The notes under the pieces were generated by a model. The model saw only the letters and a program-made list of their open reading frames with translations. It searched no databases and was not told where the DNA came from. A DNA stretch of 64,000 nucleotides from positions 96,001 through 160,000 of the forward strand of contig JAWLHJ010000007.1 of assembly GCA_041690395.1 (NCBI GenBank), given 5' to 3'. This document shows, piece by piece, positions 56,801 to 64,000 of this stretch (position 1 is the first letter of the stretch; every line of letters starts with the position of its first letter). Source of the stretch: Longimicrobiales bacterium. GTDB lineage: Bacteria > Gemmatimonadota > Gemmatimonadetes > Longimicrobiales > Gaopeijiaceae. A program made the translations under genes and the position numbers.

Positions 56801-57283
56801 GTGCCGCTCGCCTTGATCGGTGCGATCCTGGCGCTCGTCGTGGCCGGGGAGGGACTGAACACGATGAGCCTCATCGGCGTCGTCATCCTCGTCGGGATCG
56901 TGGTGAACGACGCCATCGTGAAGGTCGACTTCATCCGGCAGGGCAGGGACCGGGGCGAGCCGCTCCGGCACGCCATCCTCGAGGCCGGCCGGGTGCGGCT
57001 CCGGCCCATCGTGATGACCACGGTGACCACGGTGCTGGGCCTCGTGCCGATGGCGCTCGGGATCGGGCGCGGCGCGGATCTTCGCGCGCCCCTGGCGGTG
57101 GCCGTGATCGGCGGACTGGTGTTCGCCACCGCGCTCACGCTGCTGGTCGTGCCGGTCGTGTACCAGACGCTCGAGCGGGTGCGGCTCGCGTTGGCCGGGG
57201 AACGTGGGACGACGGCCGCGCGCGAGGGCCTGGTCCAACCTCCGGACGCCCCCGATGGGCTCGCGACGGAGCCCGGCCGGTGA
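53879..57283 (+). CDS. RND efflux permease subunit 1
   Basis: RPVAVWM, LPIDLLPD, GMLVDNSIIVLENI, QFES, RLRPIVMT; start ATG 53879. Confidence 0.95.
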   Translation: MSVPSVSTRRPVAVWMLFLAIVLLGGISYARLPIDLLPDVSYPRLVVYTLYPEVAPAEVERLVTEPVEASAAAVPGVERVTSTSRYGVSLVTLRFAWGTDMDFAMLNVRERMDNVRAGLPQSATRPVILRVDPESEPVMTLSVVGGADLWATKEFAETVFRRRLEQLDGVAQAGVAGGLDREIQVEVDPGAVDAYGLTLAEIATALDRANVSAPGGTILQGRYRYPLRTLGEFRTVEEIGDVVVARRSDASGTQVIRLRDIARVIDGFAEREAIARYGGTESVGVLVFKESGANTVRVAERVGEVIAQLAEEYPDFHVDVAGDQADFIAASISNVVQALVLGGLLAFLVLFLFLRDSRYPFAIALAIPISVVATFALMDAAGVSLNIMSLGGLALGVGMLVDNSIIVLENIFRHREELGRGAAEAAAVGAEEVQSAITASTLTTISVFGPIIYVEGVAGELFKDLSLAVAFSLLASLLVALTLLPSLAARFGGGVEGAGAGPDGLGAGVEGVGGSVDGAGNGRATSIPGAGHGSAGPPGWLRRIGRMARAAVHAPFLALAWLGRLARDLVVFWATEVGRLLGRVFGPSLRAFDRAFDRFAVRYHTALEWALDHPGGVLGASVLVLVVTAAVGATLPRDLLPHVDQGAFTVRLELEEGTSLEATSEAAAVVEAAALGDEEVEAVFSTVGRDARAYATGDRAVGLHTATAEVRMRRGGDTEAAADRMRTLEDRFAEGALSVETGQATALGAMLGGSEADISVRVRSEDLDLAFARAEQVADLLGGVAALGNVRVGTERGQPQLQIEIDRAACASYGIEPTLVADLVDRAMRGAVATEFVDFDRKIDVVVRYPDELRYSRATLDALRVQGVPLRSLVHVQEVLAPAEIRREDQARVVPVYADVLRGGLDAAVADVQEALAPLPISSDVRWEVGGENEEMRRSFRDLAFAFGLALLLVYMILAAQFESFVHPLTILIAVPLALIGAILALVVAGEGLNTMSLIGVVILVGIVVNDAIVKVDFIRQGRDRGEPLRHAILEAGRVRLRPIVMTTVTTVLGLVPMALGIGRGADLRAPLAVAVIGGLVFATALTLLVVPVVYQTLERVRLALAGERGTTAAREGLVQPPDAPDGLATEPGR

Positions 57284-57320
57284 TTGGCCTGAAGTCTCGC
57301 ATGGTCAGCCGGAGCCGAGC

Positions 57321-60300
57321 GTGATCCGCCAGAGCCTGCGCCGGCCGGTCGCGGTCGCGATGGCGTACGGGGCCGTCGCCCTCCTCGGCGTGGCCGCGTG
57401 GCGGAACGTGCCCATCGAAGTGCTGCCCGACACCGACCTGCCGCAGCTCACCGTGCGGGCGACATGGCGGGGCGCATCACCCGAGACGCTCGAGGCGTTC
57501 CTCACCGCGCCGCTCGAGAGCGCGATCCAGCAGGTGCGAGGCGTCGAGCGCATCGTCTCGACATCCTCGGAGCAGGAGGGGATGGGCGTCTCGGAGATCC
57601 AGGTCGAGTTCCAGCGCGACGTCGACATGGACTTCGCCCGCCTCGACCTCTCGGAACGGCTCGCGACGCTCGAGGAGTCGCTCCCGCCCGGCGCCGATCC
57701 GGTGCAGATCGAACAATACGTCCCGGAAGAATTCGCGGACCAGGACCGCCCGTTCCTGCAGTACACGTTCACCGGTCCCTACACGCTGGAGGCGCTCCGG
57801 CGGCACCTCGACGACGTGGTCGCGCCCGAGCTGGGACAGGTCGACGGCGTCGCGCTGGTGAATGTGTTCGGTGGGCGCGAGCGTCGCCTCGAGATCGAGC
57901 TGGACGAGGCGGCGGTGGCCGCCCTCGGGCTCGACGCCCGGACGATCCGGCGTGCCCTCACCGAGCTCGACCTGGTCCGGGAGGCGGGCGTCGTGCGCGA
58001 GGGCCGGCGGGAGCGGACGCTGACCATCGTGAACCGTCCCGGCAGCGCGGACGACGTCCGTAACGCCGTACTCACGGTGGCGCGAGGCACGCCGGTTCGG
58101 GTGGCGGATATCGCGCAAGTGCACGACACCTACGAGGAAGCTCGCGCGCTCGCCCGGGTCCAGGGACGTCCGGCGGTCGGGTTCCGCGTCTTCAAGTCCG
58201 TCGGGGTCAACACCGTGCAGGTGGCCGACCAGGTGAAGGCCCGCATGGCCGAGCTCGAGCGACTCGCACCCTACGACGCGTCGTACGTCCTCGAGTTCGA
58301 CGAGAGCGAGGACATCCGCACCCAGCTGAGCGACCTCCGCACGCGGGCGCTGTTCAGCGCGCTGGTGATCTTCCTGGTGCTGCTGGCGTTTCTCCGCTCG
58401 CTCCCGTCGGCGGGACTGGTCTTCGCGACCATCGCCTTCAGCGTGCTCATCGCGCTCAACCTCATCTACTTCGGCGGCCTGACCCTCAACCTGCTGACGT
58501 TGATGGGGCTCGCGATGGGGTTCGGGCTCGTCGTCGACAACGCGATCGTGGTGCTCGAGAACGTATACCGCCGCCGGCAGCAGCGAGGCGAGGCCCCGGA
58601 CGTGGCCGCGGAGCAGGGCGCCCGCGAGGTCGTGCTCCCGATCCTGGCGTCGACCGCGACGACCCTCATCGTGTTCGTGCCGTTCGTGTATCTGCAGGGG
58701 GAAGTGCGCGTATTCTACGTGCCGCTGGCGATCGTCGTCGGGCTCACGCTGCTCGCGTCGCTCCTGGTGGCGTTCACGTTCATCCCCGCGATCTCGGCAC
58801 GGATCCTGGACGGGGTCGGAGCGGGTGCGGGGGCGGTCGGAGGCGACGGAAGTGGGCCGGCGGCCGGACCAGTGCGCGAGGCGCCCGGGACACCCGCCCG
58901 CCCGCCCCTCTACGCCCGCTTCTACACCGACCTCGTCGGGCTCACCGTGCGCCATCCGTGGCCCGCCATCATCCTCACGCTCGGGGTCTTCGTCGGCTCG
59001 TACCAGCTCTTCGACCGGTACGTCAGCCGGTGGGCGATGTGGGGCGGGGGATGGGGCGCCGAGACGTATATCAGCGTCTTCATCGAGCTGCCGCGGGGCG
59101 CCAACCTCGAGCGGACCGACGAGCTCGTCCGCTACTTCGAGGACCGCGTCGCGACGATGCCCGAGGTGGAGCGGTTCAGCACCCAGGTGACGCCGAACCG
59201 CGGCTACATGGAGATCACCTTCCCGGACTCGCTGGAGAACACCTCCGTACCGGTCGTCATCAAGGAGCGGATGGTGGCGTTCAGCCACACGTTCACCGGC
59301 GCCGAGGTGCGCGTGTACGGCTACGGGCCGTCGTTCTACGGCGGGGGAGGGAGCCCGCCGAACTACGGCATCCAGGTGCTGGGGTACAACTACGAGCGGG
59401 TGCGGGACATCGCGGAGGACATCGGCACGCGGGTGTCTCGGCTGAGCCGCGTGGTCGACGTCGACACCAACGCGTCCGGGAGCCGGTTCGTGCGGGATCG
59501 CGCCTCGGAGTTCGTCCTCGACGTCGACCGGGACGCGATCGCGCGGCACGACCTGGCGGTCGAGGACGTGGTGGAGGGGATCGGGGCCGCCGCCGCGGGG
59601 AACGCTCGTCTGGACTACCTGAAGCTGGGCGGCGAAGAGGTCCAGATCCAGGTGAAGCTGGCGCGGAACCAGGACCTCGACGTGCTCGCGCTCCGGGAGA
59701 CGCTGATTCCGACGCCGGCCGGGGGCCGGATCCGGCTGGGCGACGTGGTCCGGGTCAGGCAGCGCGAGGTGCTCGCCCAGATCCGGCGCGAGAACCAGCA
59801 GTACGAGCGCACGGTGGCGTACGAGTTCCGGGGGCCCAACCGGCTGGGCGACGTCGTGCACGAGGCCGTCATGGCGGGGACGGCCGTCCCCGCTGGCTAC
59901 ACCGTCCAGGCGGGCCGGAACAACTGGTTCGTCAGCGAGGAGGACCGGGAGCAGATCTGGATGGTCCTCGCGGTCGCGCTCCTTCTGGTCTACATGGTCA
60001 CCTCGGCCCTGTTCGAGTCGCTGGTCCGCCCGCTCGCGGTGATTCTCACCGTCCCGATGGCCCTGATCGGGGTCTACCTGATCTTCTTCTACACGGGGGC
60101 GTCGTTCACGCGCGAGGCGTACATCGGCGTGATCATGATGCTGGGGATCGTGGTGAACAACGCGATCCTGCTCGTGGACCACGTGAACCGGGTGCGGGCC
60201 GAAATGCCGGAGCTATCGCTCGACGAGGCAATCGTGAGGGGCACGGTCGAGCGGGTGCGCCCCATCCTCATGACGACGATCACGACCGTGCTCGGCCTCC

Positions 60301-60503
60301 TGCCGCTCGTGGTGTTCGGAGACGGGGCCGGCTCGAACATCTGGGACGCGCTCGCCCTCGTGCTCATCGGCGGGCTGCTCTCGTCCACGCTTTTCGTGCT
60401 GACGATCACGCCCGCGGTGTACGGACTCCTCGAGCGGCCGCGGACCGCGCGGGCCACCGTCCCATGGACCCCTCGACGTGCCTTTTCGGTATCAGACGCA
60501 TAA
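57321..60503 (+). CDS. RND efflux permease subunit 2
   Basis: RRPVAV, GLVVDNAIVVLENV, LFES, GIVVNNAILLVD, RVRPILMT; start GTG 57321 after GGAG. Confidence 0.95.
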   Translation: MIRQSLRRPVAVAMAYGAVALLGVAAWRNVPIEVLPDTDLPQLTVRATWRGASPETLEAFLTAPLESAIQQVRGVERIVSTSSEQEGMGVSEIQVEFQRDVDMDFARLDLSERLATLEESLPPGADPVQIEQYVPEEFADQDRPFLQYTFTGPYTLEALRRHLDDVVAPELGQVDGVALVNVFGGRERRLEIELDEAAVAALGLDARTIRRALTELDLVREAGVVREGRRERTLTIVNRPGSADDVRNAVLTVARGTPVRVADIAQVHDTYEEARALARVQGRPAVGFRVFKSVGVNTVQVADQVKARMAELERLAPYDASYVLEFDESEDIRTQLSDLRTRALFSALVIFLVLLAFLRSLPSAGLVFATIAFSVLIALNLIYFGGLTLNLLTLMGLAMGFGLVVDNAIVVLENVYRRRQQRGEAPDVAAEQGAREVVLPILASTATTLIVFVPFVYLQGEVRVFYVPLAIVVGLTLLASLLVAFTFIPAISARILDGVGAGAGAVGGDGSGPAAGPVREAPGTPARPPLYARFYTDLVGLTVRHPWPAIILTLGVFVGSYQLFDRYVSRWAMWGGGWGAETYISVFIELPRGANLERTDELVRYFEDRVATMPEVERFSTQVTPNRGYMEITFPDSLENTSVPVVIKERMVAFSHTFTGAEVRVYGYGPSFYGGGGSPPNYGIQVLGYNYERVRDIAEDIGTRVSRLSRVVDVDTNASGSRFVRDRASEFVLDVDRDAIARHDLAVEDVVEGIGAAAAGNARLDYLKLGGEEVQIQVKLARNQDLDVLALRETLIPTPAGGRIRLGDVVRVRQREVLAQIRRENQQYERTVAYEFRGPNRLGDVVHEAVMAGTAVPAGYTVQAGRNNWFVSEEDREQIWMVLAVALLLVYMVTSALFESLVRPLAVILTVPMALIGVYLIFFYTGASFTREAYIGVIMMLGIVVNNAILLVDHVNRVRAEMPELSLDEAIVRGTVERVRPILMTTITTVLGLLPLVVFGDGAGSNIWDALALVLIGGLLSSTLFVLTITPAVYGLLERPRTARATVPWTPRRAFSVSDA

Positions 60504-60526
60504 CTTGCCGGCCAGGAGGTGCGCAG

Positions 60527-61294
60527 ATGACAGGTTCTTCGAAGCTCGCCGCGCTCTCGAGCGCGGCAGTCGTGACGCTTTCCGCGCTCGCGTTGGTACC
60601 GACCCCGGCCGAAGCGCAGCTCGGCGGTCAGGGCTTCACCTTCCGCCCGCCGACGGTCTCCCTCGCCTTCCACGGCGGCTACGCCGTGCCGATGGCGCGG
60701 AGCGATCTGTTCGACCAGACCATCGACGACCTGTTCCTCGACCGGAACGACTTCCGCTCGCCCTACCTGGGCGGTGAGATCTCCGTCCGGGCCACGGACC
60801 GGCTCGACGTCTCGCTCGAAGTCGGCCACGCGTGGAGCAGCACGCTCACCGAGTGGCGCGAGTACGTGGAGAGCAACGACCAGCCCATCTGGCAGACGGT
60901 CCGCTACTCCCGCACGCCCGTGACCGTGAGCGGCAAGTTCTACGTGACGGACCGGGGGCGCCGCATCGGCCAGCTCGTCTGGATCCCGGAACGGGTGATG
61001 CCGTACGTCGGCGTCGGAGCCGGCGTCGTGCGGTACGCGTTCGCCCGGGACGGCGACCACGTGGTCGAGGAGACGCTCGAGATCTTCACCGACAACCTCG
61101 AGCAGGTGGGGACGGCGTTCACGGCCCACGGCTACCTGGGTTTCGATGTGCACGTCTCGAAGATGGCATATCTGACGCCTCAGCTTCGTTACACGTGGGC
61201 CGAGGGCGGACTCGATCGCACGGTGTATCAGGGATTCCAGCCCATGGATCTGTCGGGCTTCCAGCTGTCGCTGGGGCTCGGGATGCGTTTTTGA
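60527..61294 (+). CDS. Small outer-membrane beta-barrel protein
   Basis: AGGAGG SD; signal peptide ending AEAQ; PYVGVGAGVV; C-terminal LSLGLGMRF. Confidence 0.8.
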   Translation: MTGSSKLAALSSAAVVTLSALALVPTPAEAQLGGQGFTFRPPTVSLAFHGGYAVPMARSDLFDQTIDDLFLDRNDFRSPYLGGEISVRATDRLDVSLEVGHAWSSTLTEWREYVESNDQPIWQTVRYSRTPVTVSGKFYVTDRGRRIGQLVWIPERVMPYVGVGAGVVRYAFARDGDHVVEETLEIFTDNLEQVGTAFTAHGYLGFDVHVSKMAYLTPQLRYTWAEGGLDRTVYQGFQPMDLSGFQLSLGLGMRF

Positions 61295-61313
61295 CTCGCG
61301 AAGGGAGCATGAC

Positions 61314-62621
61314 ATGAGGAAGATCGGAGAGCCCGCACGGCGCGAGGTGACTGCGCGTGGCCCGGCCGGAACGGCCGGACTCGGCGCGGCCTTCGCGAGC
61401 CTGCTTTTCATGGCGCTGGTGGCGACGCCGGCCTCGGCCTGGCAGGCCGTTCCGACCGCGGAGCGTCAGGCCGGTCTCGCCGACGCCCGATGGTCGGCCT
61501 TCGTGGGCTGCTGGGAGCCCCTCGGTGCGTCGGAAGAAGAGGCCGAGGTCGGACTGCTTTGCGTCCGGCCGGCCGGACAGGGCGTGGAGATGTTCACGAT
61601 CGCCGGCGGCGAGGTGCGCACCAGCGACTTCCTGATCGGTGACGGGCAGCCCCGTCCCATCCGTGCCGAAGGGTGTGAAGGCGAGGAGTCCGTCTCGTTC
61701 TCCAACGACGGCCGCCGCGCCTTCACGCACTCCTCCTACACCTGCGAAGGCGTGACCCAGACGGGGACGGGCATGCTCGCCCACATCGCGTCGAATCAGT
61801 GGATCGACGTGCGCGCCATCGAAGTCGACGGCGAGCGGACGTCGTGGGTGCAGCGCTACCGTCTGGTCGGGCCGGATCGCGCGGCCGCCGAGGGCGTCGA
61901 GAATCCAGGCTTCGGCATGGAGACCGCGGCCCGCACGGCCCGCTTCGTCGCGCACCGCGGCGTGGGCTTCGTCGAGGTCGAGGAAGCCGCCCGTGAGGTG
62001 GACGCCGAGGCGGTCGAGGGGTGGATCGCGAATCGCCCCGAAGGCTTCGCGCCGACCGCGGAGGACCTCGAAGGGCTCGCCGACGCCGGCGTGCCCGAGT
62101 CCGTCATCGACGTGGTCGTGGCCAAGTCGTTTCCCGAGCGCTTCGCGGTGAACCCCGAGGGCTCGGCGGAGCGTGTGGCCGACCGGGACGATGCGCGGGC
62201 CTACCGCGGGTCCGGGCATCCCGCCGCCTACCGCGGCCGCATTCCGCTCGGCTACCGGATGCTTGGCTACGGCCTGGGCTTCGGCTATGTCCCCGCCTAC
62301 GGCTACGGATACAACAGCTACGGGTACGGCTATTCCGGATACTCGGGATACTGGGGATACCGCCCGAGCACCGTGATCATCGAGCGGCGGGCCCCGGAGC
62401 CGCGCGGACGGATCGTGCGCGGTCAGGGGTACACGCGGCCGTCGGGCGGCGATACCGGTCGGAGCGCCCAGCCGCGCGTGCAGCCCGGCGGAGCGGATCG
62501 CTCGAGCGGTGCCTCGGGGGCTCCGCCCAGGCGCTCCGGAGACAGCGCGCAGCCGAGCCGGAACGACCGGCCGACGCGTACCGCGAAGCCGAGACGACCC
62601 GGCGGCGGCGGGGGATTCTGA
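61314..62621 (+). CDS. Secreted hypothetical protein with a Gly/Tyr-rich segment and an Arg/Gly/Pro/Ser-rich tail
   Basis: Signal-peptide-like segment ending ASAWQ; four Cys in the N-terminal domain; YGYGYNSYGYGYSGYSGYWGY. Confidence 0.75.
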   Translation: MRKIGEPARREVTARGPAGTAGLGAAFASLLFMALVATPASAWQAVPTAERQAGLADARWSAFVGCWEPLGASEEEAEVGLLCVRPAGQGVEMFTIAGGEVRTSDFLIGDGQPRPIRAEGCEGEESVSFSNDGRRAFTHSSYTCEGVTQTGTGMLAHIASNQWIDVRAIEVDGERTSWVQRYRLVGPDRAAAEGVENPGFGMETAARTARFVAHRGVGFVEVEEAAREVDAEAVEGWIANRPEGFAPTAEDLEGLADAGVPESVIDVVVAKSFPERFAVNPEGSAERVADRDDARAYRGSGHPAAYRGRIPLGYRMLGYGLGFGYVPAYGYGYNSYGYGYSGYSGYWGYRPSTVIIERRAPEPRGRIVRGQGYTRPSGGDTGRSAQPRVQPGGADRSSGASGAPPRRSGDSAQPSRNDRPTRTAKPRRPGGGGGF

Positions 62622-62643
62622 CGGCTCCGACATGTGAGGGCCT

Positions 62644-62712
62644 GGAGTCACAGCCGGTCCTCCGATCGTGACTCCGCACGCGGGCGCGGCCTGACCAGAG
62701 GCCGCGCCCGCG
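62644..62712. terminator. Two tandem hairpins between the hypothetical gene and glnS
   Basis: ggagtcac...gtgactcc (62644-62675) and a perfect 14-bp stem cgcgggcgcggcct-N6-aggccgcgcccgcg (62679-62712). Confidence 0.45.
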
Positions 62713-62750
62713 CTGCATTCAGGCCGTCCCATGTGCTACCTTTTCCGGCT

Positions 62751-64000
62751 ATGGACGCGACCAAGGGAACGGCTCAGGGCGGGACGGACTTCATCCGCCA
62801 GATCGTGCGCGAGGACCTCGCGCAGGGGAAGTACGACGGGAAGGTGGTCACGCGCTTCCCGCCCGAACCGAACGGGTACATGCACATCGGGCACGCCAAG
62901 TCGGTGTGCCTGAACTTCGGCATCGCCGAGGAGTTCGGCGGCCGATGCCACCTCCGGTTCGACGACACCAACCCCGAGAAGGAGAGCGAGGACTTCGTCC
63001 GGCAGTTCCAGGACGATATCCGGTGGCTCGGCTTCGACTGGGGTGAGCATCTCTACTTCGCGTCGGACTACTTCGAGCGCATGTACGAGTGCGCCCAGGT
63101 GCTCATCCGGAAGGGACTCGCCTACGTCGACTCCCAGCCCGGCGAGGCGATCCGCGAGGGGCGCGGGACCGTGACCGAGCCGGGCGTCGAGAGCCCGTAC
63201 CGCGACCGGACCCCCGAGGTGAACCTCGACCTGTTCGCCCGCATGCGGGCCGGCGAGTTCAAGGACGGCGCCCACGTGCTCCGGGCGAAGATCGACATGA
63301 CCTCGCCCAACATGCTGATGCGCGACCCGGTGCTGTACCGGATCCGGCACGCGCACCATTACCGGCAGGGCGACGCGTGGTGCATCTACCCGCTGTACGA
63401 CTACGCGCATTGCCTCGAGGACGCGTTCGAGGACGTCACCCACTCCCTCTGCACCCTCGAGTTCGAGAACAACCGCGAGCTCTACGACTGGGTGCTGGAC
63501 AACGTGGGCTTCGAGGAGCCTCGCCCGCACCAGTACGAGTTCGCGCGGCTCGAGCTCGAGCACGCCGTGCTCTCCAAGCGACGCATCGCTCCGCTCGTGG
63601 CCGCGGGCGTCGTGTCGGGCTGGGACGACCCGCGACTGTCGACCGTGGCGGGCATCCGCCGTCGGGGCGTGCCGCCCGAGGCCGTTCGGCTCTTCGCCGA
63701 CATGATCGGCGTCGCACGCACCAGCTCCACCGTCGATGCGGACAAGTTCAGCTTCTCGGTGCGTGAGGCCCTCAACGCCGTGGCGCCGCGGGTCATGGCC
63801 GTGCTCGACCCGCTCCGTGTCGTGATCACCGACTTCGACGAGGCGCGTGTCGAGCACTTCGACGCGCCGTACTTCCCACCGGACGTGGGCCGCGAGGGGA
63901 GCCGGAAGGTGCCGTTCACCCGCGAGCTCTTCATCGAGCGCGACGACTTCGCCGAGGATCCGCCGAAGGGCTTCCGCCGGCTGGTGCCCGGCGGCGAGGT
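62751..64000 (+). CDS. glnS: Glutamine--tRNA ligase (partial, runs off the window)
   Basis: Not in the ORF track. Translation MDATKG...DFIRQIV...TRFPPEPNGYMHIGHAK...RFDDTNP...HSLCTLEF...VLSKR...GWDDPRL. Confidence 0.97.
   Translation, partial: MDATKGTAQGGTDFIRQIVREDLAQGKYDGKVVTRFPPEPNGYMHIGHAKSVCLNFGIAEEFGGRCHLRFDDTNPEKESEDFVRQFQDDIRWLGFDWGEHLYFASDYFERMYECAQVLIRKGLAYVDSQPGEAIREGRGTVTEPGVESPYRDRTPEVNLDLFARMRAGEFKDGAHVLRAKIDMTSPNMLMRDPVLYRIRHAHHYRQGDAWCIYPLYDYAHCLEDAFEDVTHSLCTLEFENNRELYDWVLDNVGFEEPRPHQYEFARLELEHAVLSKRRIAPLVAAGVVSGWDDPRLSTVAGIRRRGVPPEAVRLFADMIGVARTSSTVDADKFSFSVREALNAVAPRVMAVLDPLRVVITDFDEARVEHFDAPYFPPDVGREGSRKVPFTRELFIERDDFAEDPPKGFRRLVPGGE

Noticed and set aside
57477..60182. 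901-aa minus-strand ORF and similar long ORFs opposite the RND, BCCT and M28 genes
   Set aside because: Antisense or off-frame shadows of well-supported genes
58958..60526. N-terminal extension of the 778-aa ORF
   Set aside because: Off-frame within RND2; the SD and signal peptide place the start at 60527
1..64000. tRNA, rRNA, riboswitch, transposase, integrase or phage genes
   Set aside because: None recognised by eye; covariance-model searches would be needed to exclude small RNAs

Overview
GC-rich (about 70% by eye), densely coding bacterial chromosome segment. The gene style (many secreted TPR, Ig, propeller and barrel proteins, tricorn-type S41, CarboxypepD/plug proteins) suggests Gemmatimonadota; this is an inference. 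About 50 real CDSs; most other ORFs in the track are antisense or off-frame shadows. Housekeeping genes: ispG, mtgA, psd, a Nudix hydrolase and a partial glnS at the right edge. Transport: a NatAB-like ABC system with a CPBP-protease fusion, a BCCT carrier, an AEC carrier and a two-permease RND/MFP/TolC system. Most notable observations: (1) a BCCT carrier whose BetT-type C-terminal regulatory domain appears to be a separate, translationally coupled gene; (2) a GluR0-like ligand-gated K+ channel head-to-head with a secreted glutamate carboxypeptidase II-like peptidase; (3) two TPR-led operons with Ig-domain surface lipoproteins, one of 1748 aa with 13 repeats and recent internal duplications; (4) a tandem pair of exported creatininase-fold proteins with altered metal ligands; (5) two toxin-antitoxin modules flanking psd that both lack an intact toxin; (6) several long intergenic inverted-repeat elements and a twin palindromic operator. 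No rRNA, tRNA, CRISPR array or transposase was recognised.
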